A stretch of 64,000 bases of DNA from Mytilus californianus (lineage: Eukaryota), in the NCBI RefSeq assembly GCF_021869535.1, contig NW_026262696.1, forward strand, positions 1,612,001-1,676,000, given 5' to 3'. This document shows positions 47,418 to 59,214 of this stretch, piece by piece. How positions within the stretch are numbered: position 1 is the first letter of the stretch; every line of letters starts with the position of its first letter. The notes under the pieces were generated by a model. That model ran no database searches and had not been told where the DNA came from. It saw nothing but the letters and a program-made list of their open reading frames with translations. The translations under genes were made by a program, and so were the position numbers.

Positions 47418-48554
47418 CTTTATACGTAAAGATTCATTAGATGTAATTAAACAAACTTGTCATAAGATATAAGTTATATTTACAAGGTATAAGTTAAATT
47501 TCAAATATATAAGTTAAATTTACAAGATAAACGTGATGTTTACAAGTTTTAAATAGTACCTAAATCAGAATATATTCCCGAAGATTGTTAAATTTAACAG
47601 GTTTTCACTATAACAATGGTGAGTTTTTTCTGTCTTATTTCATGTTTATGTGAAACGTTGCATTACAATCGATATGTAATCGTCTGATCAATAAAGGAGT
47701 AGATCCGCTAAGACCCCTTTTTGGCCCCAAAATATAGCATTTTTACAAATTTGTCAAAAATATAAACTTTTAACTATTTAATTAAAAGCAGAATACTTTT
47801 GTTACATACCTATGTTTTTTTTACAATACAATGCACATGCATCAGGTACTAGCATGATCATTAATTCATGCAAAATAACTGTAGTCTTCACAATTTTAGC
47901 ATTTGTGCTAATTTTTAGACGGCTTTGTCTAAAAGGGAAGTGACCGCACTTGTGGTCAGTCTTCATACTTATATATATGATGTATTTAATGATAATATAT
48001 AACATATATAAACTTAAGGTTACTTACATTTTAGACAAAAAACATCTGAAAAGTGACGTTTTGTGGCATATTTGATAGATTTTTCATATTTAAGCTTGAA
48101 TTTGAGCGTCTTTAATGACCAAATCAGTACAAATCTTTTACATAAAATAATTGAATCGACTGTAGTAGACTTTTAAGTGTTAAAAAAGGTTAAAAATCTT
48201 TCATCAGATGTACTTCAAATTCTAGGCCAAAAATAGCCCTAACCGGACCTTCTCCTTTGCCAATTGTGTTCTATTTCAAACGTCACATTTTGACTGCGTC
48301 TGGATTTGCATGGAAGATAATGTATTTTTTGTAGGAGATGGATAACCCTGCCAACACATCTGGTCCCGATCCTTTCAGCTTTTTGTCAGATGTTTGAGTT
48401 TTGTTTTTGTACTGTTGTTTTTTTCTATTCAATTTACATGTATAGTGCTATCATGAAATGTTCTTGCCTGTAATAAGTTTTGAAATACTGACATAGTACA
48501 CAGAGCTAATGGGTATTAACAAACACATTATCGTTAACATGTTTGATTTCGTAT

Positions 48555-49534
48555 AACAATAAGAGACTTGAAGCTCTAAAGAGCCTATGTCGCTCACCTA
48601 GGTCAATGTGCATCTTCAACAATGGACATTCTCAAACATTGTTGGTTAGAATAGAATTAACTCATGACAAAACAAAAATTTCTTGCATTGCTGGTAATTT
48701 TTCTGTTTACAGTTTCTCTCTATCTTCTTTTGAATTAGTTTAGCCCAAAACACAAAAAAGGTTGAAAATCGCCATTTAAGGGTAATTACTCCTATGCAGA
48801 GTCTACTATGGTTATCGGTAAAATTTTACACATTTATAGATCTTGCCTTGCTGATAATTTTTGCACTTAAAGTGTTTTATCTATCTTCTATAATTTTCAA
48901 GATATTAGGCAAAAACGCAAAAAGTAAAACTTGTCATTAAAGAGCAAGAACTCCAATAAAGAGTCGACTAACAATTTCTTCCATGTTAACTCATTAGTAG
49001 ATCTTAAATAGCTTATCATTATATTTTTTGCTATTTAAAGATAAAAGGCAAAATCACTAAAAATGGGCAAAGAGCAATAACTTCAACTAGAAGTCGACTG
49101 AAAGTTTCGACCATTACACTTATTCGTAGATCGGTAATGTTTGCTTATTTAAATTTATCTATCTGTTAAAGATGCAAAAACGCAAAACATTGGTAAAAAT
49201 TGTTATCAAAGGACAATAACTCCAATAAGGAGTCGTCGGACAATTTCAACTATGTTGACATATTTGTAGATCTTGTCTTACTGATCAGTTTGCTAAGTTT
49301 CTCTCTATGTATTAAAGTGTTATAGGCTGGCCCCTAAACAAATATATATACTAGTTCAGTGATAATGAACGCCATACTAAACTCCAAATTGTACACAAGA
49401 AACTAAAATTAAAAATAATACAAGACTAACAAAGGCTAGAGGCTCCTGACTTGGGACAGGCGTAATGTTAACTGAAGACGGACGACGGACGTCGAGTTAT
49501 GAGAAAAGCTCACTTGGCCCTTTAGTCTCACAAG
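48555..49534 (+). mobile_element. HINE-like element with degenerate internal units and a nested repeat fragment
   Basis: Start resembles 36365 (gctctaaagagcct.tgtcgctca). End gacggacgacggacg..gagaaaagctcacttggccc. Confidence 0.55.
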
Positions 49535-49587
49535 TAACAAAAATGCTTAAGTGCATTAGTGCAATTCTAAGTATCAATCATTGCCCA

Positions 49588-49790
49588 AGTGTAGATACAA
49601 GTAACGCACATCGCTTTAGTGTAGTTATAAGTGTCAAACATTGCTTTAGTGTATACGTAGTTATAATGCCAAACATCGCTTAAGTGTAGTTAAAAGTGTC
49701 AAACATATCTTTAGTGTAGTTATAAGTGTAAAATGTCGCTTTAGTGTAGTTATAAGAGTCAAACATCGTTTTAGTGTAGTAATAAGTATC
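49588..49790 (+). repeat. 30-bp minisatellite (atcgctttagtgtagttataagtgtcaaac), about 7 copies
   Basis: Direct reading. Confidence 0.85.
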
Positions 49791-49800
49791 CACATTTATC

Positions 49801-50743
49801 GGTATTGAAGAGCATGTACGAAACGTATATGAACTCAGCACCGGAGATTGCAATGAGACTTGACATGAAAATAAGGTTTCTGTGTTCTGTTTCCGGTTTC
49901 TTGTAAGTTTTGCATGTGAAAAAAACATGTTTTTTAAATAAGAAATTTGCATTTGAGGGGAATAGTTTTATTTGTGGATGCCACGTCAGCAATCAGGTCT
50001 TTTTCGTATTTTAAATCATAAAACGTATTTTTTCCATACCTTTCCAGTCATATATTGTCAAAATCAGCTTCGTAAGTATACATAAACTCACTATAACAAA
50101 CTTTTCTGATATTTCTTCATATATAATCAGAATTGTATTATTTTCGTTCCATACTACACAACACTAAATACTAAGTCGGGCATTGAATAGCATGTACAAA
50201 ACGTATATGAACTCTGTACCGGAGATTGCAATGAGAATTGACATGAAAGTAAGGTTTCTGTGTTCTGTTTCCGGTTACTTGTAAGTTTTGCATGTAAAAA
50301 AAACATGTTTTTTTAATTAGAAATTTGCATTTGAGTGGACTTGCGAAATTCAGTGGTTATTTTGTTAAAAATATATACATTCTATGCTGATTTGTAGTTT
50401 TGCTGAACAACATTATCGAACCAGAATGATTTTGATGTTTCAAACTGCCTTGCATTCTTATAACTTTGTGTTTCTGTCCTGGTTGGCTGGTAAGTTCGGT
50501 TAATTTTTTCTAACCAAAAAAAAATGGCATTATTTCGTAAATGAACTATATAATAAATCAGTGACAACGTGTTTAGTTTTATTTGTGGATGCCACGTCAG
50601 CAATCAGGTGGTTTTCGTATTTTAAATCATAAAACGTATTTTGCCATACCTTTCCAGTCATATATTGTCAAAATCAGCTTGGTAAATATACATAAACTCA
50701 CTATAACAAACCTTTCTGGCATTTCTTCATATATCATCAGAAT
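49801..50743 (+). repeat. Tandem duplication; copy 1 (49801-50133) lacks about 235 bp present in copy 2 (50180-50743)
   Basis: Both halves align at high identity; the extra segment is about 50338-50574. Confidence 0.85.
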
Positions 50744-50870
50744 TTTAAATTAAAGAAATTCCCATTTTATTCGTCACCAGCAAAATGCCCAAACATTTGT
50801 AGGGCCAACGATATGAGGATTTATACGAAGATATAAATTGAAATAACAATTAAAAATTATTTCATTTTAC

Positions 50871-50937
50871 CGTTAGTCCATATTCCATGTATACATGTAC
50901 ATGAAAACAGCAGAAAGGCTGCCGACTTCCACTCCAT
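50871..50937 (-). CDS. Candidate first coding exon: signal peptide MEWKSAAFLLFSCTCIHGIWTN(G)
   Basis: Acceptor catttgcctacAG (exon starts 50945), context aaccATGG, hydrophobic core, donor GTAAAA in phase 1 matching all collagen exons. Confidence 0.65.
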
Positions 50938-51276
50938 GGTTAGTCCTGTAGGCAAATGATTAGCTAGCTACATTAGAAGCGTAGTTATACAAAGCAAACC
51001 ATGTATTTTACAGTAACAGCTGAAATCATTTGCATAAAATCAATTTAATTTCTTAGGAACAAACGATATCATTAGTATATTTTGTTATCCTGATTCGAGT
51101 ATATAAAATAATACATTTGTCATCATTTAATTGTACATAAAGTAGAAAATCTATTTTTTTTTTTTTTTATTGTCGATTAAAAAAAAAAGGACACGTGGTA
51201 TGTGTCCATGAGACACTGGAAAGTAATAACTATAAAACAGACTTTGCTTTTATTGCTGTTCTTAATATTGAAAGTG

Positions 51277-51470
51277 AGCCTCGGGTGCCGAGTGGTCTAT
51301 TAGATTGTCTACAGTGAGCACTAGCCTATCAACACTGAGGTTGTAATTCGAACCTCGCTTGTGGCAAGGTACGTTCAACTTCGATTTTCGATCTTAATTG
51401 GCTAGGATTGCAAGTGTTCTTGCCGAATGTCTAGGGTTTTTGCCTAGTACTCCGTCATGATATAGCCAAG
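51277..51470 (+). mobile_element. Degenerate tRNA-derived SINE head and body
   Basis: A-box-like tgccgagtggtc, B-box-like ttcgaacc, and ggtttttgcctagtactccg resembling a conserved SINE body motif. Confidence 0.5.
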
Positions 51471-52189
51471 AAGGTTTGCTAAAAGGTCTTCAACAATGAA
51501 CTAAAAGTCGCATCTGAAAGCAATTAGTCCCTTGTCTCAACATTAGCACAATACTAATGACTAGTATTCTTTAGTAATCATTTTTTGGGGGCCTTTATAG
51601 CTTGCTGTTCGGTGTGAGCCAATGCTCCGTGTTGAAGGCCGTACCTTGAATTATAATGGTTTACTTTTATAAATTGTAACTTGGATGCAGAGTTGTCTCA
51701 TTGGCACTCATACCACATCTTCCTATATCTATTGGCTATTTATAGAAGATGAATTTCATTTCTTCTTCAATGGCTAAAGAAATTGATATGTAAGGATCAA
51801 TTACTTGTCTGGATTAATGAGTTGCACTCAAAAACATTATTTACAATATATTTTCAATCTAACAAAGTTTCAACAGGTACAAATTCTTAACATGGTTGAT
51901 GGAACTAAAGACAAGAGACTCATGGTGTAATGATTGTTGTAGTAAGATTTGTTGTATTTATAAAAAGATGTGGTATGATTGCCAATGAGAAAACTCTTCA
52001 CCAGTGACCAATTAACATAAAAGTTAACAACTACATGTATAGGTCACGGTATATATGTTATATATAATTCACGTTTTTTTACGCGCTATTTTCAAGGGGT
52101 TTTTTTTAAATAAAGTTACTGTATCATGTCTTTGAACGAATTAATGCAAAAGCTACATGTAAAACTGAGAACGTCTCCAATTAAATTCT

Positions 52190-52560
52190 ACCGTGGTAAT
52201 AAACTCATTAATAGATACCAGGATTGAAATTTTGTACGCCAGACGCTAGTTTCGTCTACAAAAGACTCATCAGTGACGCTCGAATAAAAAAAGATAGAAA
52301 GGCCATATAAAGTACAAAGTTGAAGAGCACTTGGGACCCAAAATGCCGAAAGGTTTTACCAAATACAGCTACATGTAACTAAGGTATCCTATTCCTGGGG
52401 TTGAAAATCCTTAGTATTATGAAAATTAAAAGTTTTATTAGCAGTTAATTTATGATTATGGCCATATCAATGATAATGCATGTCAAAACAGAAGTGCTGA
52501 CTACTGGGCTGGTGAAACACTCGGGGAGAAACCTCCATCAGCAGTGGTATCGACCCAGAA
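52190..52560 (-). mobile_element. Retrozyme-like repeat unit with a type I hammerhead
   Basis: Homologous to the 10575-11480 repeats; carries the best-preserved ribozyme core. Confidence 0.65.
52234..52284 (-). ncRNA. Putative type I hammerhead ribozyme
   Basis: The minus strand reads CUGAUGA-GUCU-uuugu-AGAC-GAAA-C(ua)GC-gucug-GC-GUA. Core intact, 4-bp stem II, bulged stem III, GUA cleavage triplet; stem I is weak. Confidence 0.6.
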
Positions 52561-52666
52561 TGAAGTAAATGGATTTTTTTTTCGTGTTATTCAGAATGTG
52601 TATGATTATGCCAAATCTTGTATTATACATCAGGGCAACATAATCCGATTTCTTCCCTTGTGAGAT

Positions 52667-52693
52667 GGGGGGGGGGGGGGGGGGGGGGGGGGG
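52667..52693. repeat. Poly-G run, 27 nt
   Basis: Direct reading. Confidence 0.95.
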
Positions 52694-52799
52694 TACGGCA
52701 AGGGGAAAACCTTTCACCTGCTCTGTTTTCTATATTTTTAAATGATCTTCAAACTTTTTTTTGAAGAGAAAAATATAACTGGCATAAAATCGATAGTAC

Positions 52800-54128
52800 A
52801 AGATAGCTGACAGTATTTTTTTAAATTATTTTACTTTTATATGCGGATGATACTGTTTTATATTAGCAGAAAATAGCACTGATCTACAATACATGTTAAA
52901 TACCTTTTACGAATATTGTGAAGAATGGAAAATGAAAATAAATACAAACAAAACTAAAGTTTTGATCTTTTCCAGTAGCAGAATGCCAGCAAATCTCAAG
53001 TTCACAGTAAATTGTAATGATATTGAAATTGTAAAAGAATACAAATTTTTAGTTATTTTATTTTCTAGAAGTGGATCCTTTTTATCAAATAAAAATATTT
53101 CAAGGAACAAGCCACACAAGCTATGTATAGTGTATTAACAAAATGTAGACAAAATAATTTGTCAATAGAATGTCAGTTTAATTTGTTTGATAAAATGGTT
53201 TTATCAATACTTTTATATGGTTCAGAAATATGGGGTTTTGAAAATATAGATATACTTGGAACGTGTACATTTACAATTTTGTAAAATGATTTTACATTTA
53301 AAACAGTCTACTCCAAATTTCATATGCAGAGCTTGGCAGATACCCCATTACTGTGTCTGTAAAGTTGCGAATGATAAATTTCTGAAGGAGACTTCTTAAT
53401 GGAAAAGAAAGTAAATTTTGTGTTGTATTATACAAACTTGTGTTTCTTTATTATGATGATTACGGAATAGAAACTAAGTGGATATCATATATAAAAAATA
53501 ATGTTCAACTTGGTAATTGTGGTATGTCCAATATATGGAATGCACAGTTTGCTGATAAGTGGGTGTCAAAATGTATTGAGCAAAACTATCAGTTTCAACA
53601 AAAATGCTTTGCTTTTGTTGGAGAATCACCAAAAACTTTATGTTATCGTTTTTTTTTAAATTAACAATTTGAAAAATATTTTTCATTTTTATCTTACACT
53701 TTCATTTATACATTACGCAAATATAGATGTGGTAGTCACCATCTGCTGATTGAATCTTGAAGGTGGCAGGGTTTACCGAGAGAAGATAGTGTCTGCCGTC
53801 TATGTGACTCAAACAACATTGGTGACGAGTACCATTACATTATGAATTGTAGAACATTTGAGTTAGAAAGAAAGAAATTTTTATCGCAATACTGTTGGTC
53901 AAACCCTAATATCTATAAATTTCATCAACTGTTCAAATCATCAAATATTGTTATACTAGAAAAATTATGTAAATTTATCAAAGTTATAAATGTGAAATCG
54001 GTCCTCCAAGTTAATTCCATTGTAGTGTTCACACATGCATGTAATAAATGTACCTTACAGTTATGTTTATATATGTTCTCTGTAACTATGTAATTATAGT
54101 TTTATGAGTAATAAAGTATTAGTATATT
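52800..54128 (+). mobile_element. 5-prime-truncated, frameshifted LINE (RT C-terminal half plus CCHC-type tail; CR1/L2-group-like)
   Basis: LLLYADDTV at 52831-52857, KINTNKTKVLIF, ILLYGSEIWGF, ELGRYP, CRLC..GDEYHYIMNC, and a 3-prime aataaagtattagtat tail. Confidence 0.9.
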
Positions 54129-54129
54129 C

Positions 54130-54212
54130 GGTAGTAAATAAAGTCATCAAAGATACCAGGATTAAAAGTGTGTACACCAGACGCGCGGTTCGTCTACAAT
54201 AGACTCAGCAGT
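54130..54212 (-). mobile_element. Truncated retrozyme copy with mutated hammerhead core
   Basis: CUGCUGA-GUCUA-uug-UAGAC-GAAC; two core substitutions. Confidence 0.6.
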
Positions 54213-54589
54213 AAAGGATTTTACAATTATAACAACTTTTTTGAAATTTTGAAAAACTTGACAAAAAGTTAGGATGGAAAATGTTGTATTGGACACTAGT
54301 TGTACCTATGTTCTTGTTGTTGTTTTGCATCTTATTTACATGAAATAAGGATTACAGACCTTTCAAACACAATTCAAACACAATATACAACTGCTAAAAA
54401 ATGAATCCCTTTGGGTCTTTTATCCTCGTGCCCTTGCGCGTCATTTAATGAATTATACAAACACACAGAGAAAGGTGCAGTTGATCAAATTGAAAAAAAG
54501 ACGAATAAACATAAAAGCTAGAATTTAACATTACAATTAAGTATCGAAGTACCACTCAACATAAACTGTGACCCATGCAAAGGTAATTA

Positions 54590-55240
54590 TTGATTCTGAT
54601 TGGTCAAATTTTAAAATGTCTTCTTTGAAGTTAAATGTACAAGGCGAAATCTTTTCAAACTTTATAGGATTGATGATTGGTAGACCTTCTACAAAAGTCA
54701 TCATTGTGTGCTAATCAGGTGGCATATCTGGAGGCGTCAGTGGCACATATGTTTCCATTGAGGTGGCTTATTGAAAATCCTATTTCCGTCACCTCCTTTG
54801 AAACAACTGAGACAAATTGACAAAACTTTAAAGGAATAATACTTGGAAGGGTGTCTATAAATCACTTCATTTCATTCTGATTAGATTAAAACATTGCCGC
54901 CAGAGGTCCAATTTTCAAATTTCTTCTGATATAACAATGCCAAATATCTTAAAACTTTAAAGGAACGATGATTGGGAGACTCTCTACAAAAATTCCTCAT
55001 TATTAGTGCTGATCAGTTTACAAACATGGCTTCCAGAGACAATTCTTGATTCTGATTAGTCGAAATTTATTATATTTTCTCCTCTGAAACTACAAAATCT
55101 TTTCAAAGTTTGTAGGAATGATCATTTAAAGGCCTTCTTATCAGGTAGAATATACGGTGGCTACGGTAGCTACGGTGGCTACGGTATCTACGGTGGCTAC
55201 GGTGGCGCATATTTTCATCAATTTCTCTGAAACCAGATTT
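54590..55240 (+). repeat. Degenerate satellite or HINE-like array containing a (TACGGTGGC)6 expansion at 55153-55206
   Basis: Recurrent ctctacaaaa..tcatt..gtgct.atcag and ttctgatt.gtc.aa motifs. Confidence 0.5.
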
Positions 55241-57519
55241 CCATTATTAGTTTGATTAACAAGACAATAAAAAGGTCATAATCGGAAGCGGCACGTGGCG
55301 CGAACTGAATCATAGACAGTCTTTGGAATAATTATACTACTCTAATTAATAACATCTTAATTCATTTTACATGGTTTAAATTGATTTAATGTTGCCTTTT
55401 TCCTTTTAACCTTTTGGAAATGTATAAAGCACCGTATAGTAATATTCTCAGCCTGAGATAAGTGTTTGTTAGTTCGTCAAACTTGATTGGAGTCAACCAA
55501 CATTGTGATAACTGGAAACATTACACAGACGTCGGCGCGTGCCATGTAAAATGTAAATAATAGAATTTAAGTCTTGTACCTATTGGTGGTTACTGAACCT
55601 TAAAATCTGACGTAACGCGCCTTTTTCATGTTGGATCCATGGAGGAAGGCAGGAGACAATTGAACTCAAATATAAAACCCAAAACCCGCCATCCCTCCCA
55701 GTAAATTATTTATTTTGTAAATATAAACAAGTTTGGACACAGAGTTGTGTTATTCGATTGGCCATTTTTGTAATGATTTGTGCAGGGGTTAATAGTGCAG
55801 AATGTCCGTATATGCACATGACATTTAAATCAAACGTTTTGTTGTCTTTGGCTTGCAAATGTGGACACTGTTTTTACATCGAAATAGAAACATATACTTG
55901 GAGAAGTTACAGTACAATAACAATGAAGGACATCTCTCAGAAAAAAACACTTGAAAATTACCAAGAATGATATTGTTCTGCAAAATATACCCTAATACTG
56001 ACTCCATACACCAAACTGAAATTTAAAGGAGCAAGATAAAATAAATGTTATCCAATCTTTGAAACGTGAATGCTGGAAAAAAAAGCGTCAATACTTCAGA
56101 ATTTCAGTAAACATATTTGTTACTGATATTGAACATGCAATTCTTGTAAATATATTTAGAATTAGAAACTGCTTTGGTTTATGTTATCTTTTCAGGTGAT
56201 GTATGAGTTGACATTTTTGGAAGCCTTCGTGTATTTTGCGAAATGGACAGATGAAGATTTCCGCTTGATGTAAAAAGAACTGTCGCAAAGAATGACTTAC
56301 AAATGTACTCGGATTGCAGAATTCGCTGCATCAAAAAACATTTCGTTTTATAAATAGTATCATTCACTACAGATGAATATTGTAAGGATTTTCATCGATG
56401 CCTCACCTGTGTTCCACGGTGATCCAAATTGTTCTAATTTTATATTCAGTTACCACAATCTGTGGTAGTCATTTATATATATATTTGATAGTACGGTTGC
56501 CATAATCAGCGATATGCCGGTTACCTTATATTTTCAGATATACAAGTGACAGTTAAATTGCCAGCAATCTGCGGCACATACATACATTTATATTGAGATT
56601 ACTTATATACAATATGTATAAATTTAAATAATATTAAGGCTGTGGCCAAATACTGCCAATATGTTGTTGGGTTTTAACAAGCATCTGGGATAACTCTTTT
56701 ATTTTTAAATATATTGACACCAAATTTAATATATATGATATATATTTAAAACTTCATCGTACTTTTTGACCTTGGTGATAATATGACTATTCCATCACGT
56801 GAGTCATGCGGTTTCAGGAGCTTATTGCACTTTGAGATTACTATAACACAGTTATAGCAATCCATGTAAACTTAGGTGGCCCATGCGGGAAAGGAGTGGG
56901 ATAATAATTTAAGGAAAAAAAGTCGCAAAACAAAGAGTTTTGAAATCTTTTTTTTTCTTTTAGAGAAGGGACGCGATGGACGACAATCTACACACGGCAC
57001 GCAGATTTGTCTTCTAATATCGATCGGTCGCATTAGCGACATATATATGTTACAGCGAATTTACAAAATCAGGGATTTTAATCAGGGATTTTGTAAAATC
57101 CCTTAAATTTCAGGAGTTTACATGCGATTTTGGGAAATGGTTGTCATTTTTTGGGGGATATCGTTTTTAACCACCTAGCTGATCAGATTGAAAACTCTTT
57201 GTAGATGGCATTATGAATGAATTTCCTTCAGATAAGAGAATACATGAAGTTTGTTGACTATGTTTTGGAAACAAATACAACCCCTAAATGAAGATATCCA
57301 CCATCATTTTGGGCTGCTACACCAACTGAGAACTGAGAACCAACAACGAACCAGAATCGTCCAATGCACATTTTAAAACATCCAAACTTTTTCTTTTATG
57401 TGGACGTAGTAAAGAAGATTTATAATAAAACTCTGTTTTAAAATTATTATCAAAAGTATCTATTTATTATAAGAACTTCTCAGTGTATAGTGTTTTCATT
57501 GTGGTTTTATGATGACTGA

Positions 57520-57719
57520 TGTGACGATATGGGCCTCGTCTTTTAACTCTAGTTTTATGTTGGGACTAGCTCATGAACAAAAACACGTCTTACGTTAACG
57601 ACATTCAACAGAGAGAGCGTAAATAAAAAGGCGTTTCCGGACAAAACTTGTACAATTCCGTATAAACATATAAAACTGAATGACACATATATAATACATA
57701 TATATCTAAATATATAACA
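57520..57719 (-). mobile_element. Putative 3-prime LTR (200 bp, TGT...ACA) of the Gypsy element
   Basis: The minus strand starts TGTTAT directly after a GGGGGA purine tract (57720-57725) and ends cgtcACA. No matching 5-prime LTR was found, so the boundary is unconfirmed. Confidence 0.5.
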
Positions 57720-59214
57720 TCCCCCGGCAGAAAGAAAATTCCCAATGAATTTTTGCATATGTGGAATTCAGACCACATTCAAATAAAAATACATGATCAA
57801 TATTACCAATATATCTTTCTAACTTTCATAATATTCAAGATTCTCTATATTTCAATATATCTAAACGAACAAGTAACTGGTATGGATAACTTTGTGGAAT
57901 AAGCATCTTGTAACACATTGAGGAGTACTACATGTATAGAAAATATCTTGCTTGTCATAAACGTGACAGTTAATATAATATAAAATACTATGAAATCACC
58001 AGAGACCTTACTCTTATTTTGTAGATAAATGTTAAAAGTGATGAAATATACACACAGTCAAACAGTCTTACAAACATACACATATACAATATAAGACCAG
58101 CTCATAATAATCTCACGCACTCAGAATTTCTCATTAACCACTCACAGCAATACTACTTAGGTTATTTATGATTAACATTATTATAAAAGTCACTGACAGA
58201 TATTCATACAATCTCATTTGGTTATCTATGCCTTAAATTGTATTATTCAAATTTCCATGTTTCGGGGGTATTAAACTTATTTCATCAACAATCAACACTA
58301 TAGAAAAACAATGTTTAGTTCTCAAAATAAAGTGTAGTTTTCTTTATATTTATAAAGTTTTGACAATACGATTAAGTCTTTAACTAAATGAATTCTTGCA
58401 ACTTTCAACCGTACATTGTTATAACAAATTACATTCAAATACGATATACATAACTCCTTAATTCAAAATGGATAAGAAACAATAGGTTAATATAACCATG
58501 TAAATTATCTTACTACCTATTATATATTCAATAAATTTGCCTTTCAAAAACAATTTAGGGTAACTTCCTTTAAACTCTAATAAAAGTTTCATTTAAAAAA
58601 TAAACATGTTAATCAAACAAAATTATTCATGTTATCAATAATCAATACGTATAAAATATGAAATTCAATAATCATATTTAAGTAATCAAAATGTAAGTGA
58701 TGCCGGAATTATATAATAATAAAATCAATGCATTACTATACACAATATACTACAGCAATACACAATTAATGTCCGTACATGTCTGTTTCTTTTTCTTCTA
58801 TGGTCTTCATCTACGGACATCTTTAGCAGAAGTTGCAGTTTCCCGAATATCTTACTATTAGATAAATCTCACAAATACATTGTAAGTCTACGGAAGAATA
58901 TTAAGATACAGACGGCACTGACAATATCATGAAATAAAATCGTACAGATCCTGATGAATTCCTTATTTATGAGTCGATATTCCAAATCAAGAGAAATTTT
59001 ACGTTGTACATAGCTACTTTATTAAATAGTCATGAAATATCTCTCACAGACAAATAGTAACTTGTCAATATATATATACAGTCGTATTGCTTATGTACTC
59101 ATGTGATAAATCTAACGAGTATATAAATCGTGGACGCTAATTAGATGTTTTGACATTATTGCCATGATTATATGTTGACATAAAACAATCCACTGAATAA
59201 AGAAAATAAAATGT

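Noticed and set aside
49588-49790. 30-bp minisatellite giving a Tyr-rich decapeptide (TKAMFDTYNY) on the gene strand, reminiscent of foot-protein decapeptides
   Set aside because: A 4-bp indel breaks the frame and there are no supporting splice sites; treated as intronic.
52200-54212. Retrozyme copies flanking the LINE as LTR-like ends of one composite element
   Set aside because: The second copy is a short fragment, the first is separated from the LINE by about 250 bp of unrelated sequence, and there is no shared TSD; independent insertions are simpler.
55153-55206. (TACGGTGGC)6 translating to GGYGSYGGYGIYGGYGG, like Gly/Tyr-rich matrix proteins
   Set aside because: Only 54 bp, embedded in a degenerate repeat array, with no convincing start or splice context and a stop 8 codons later.
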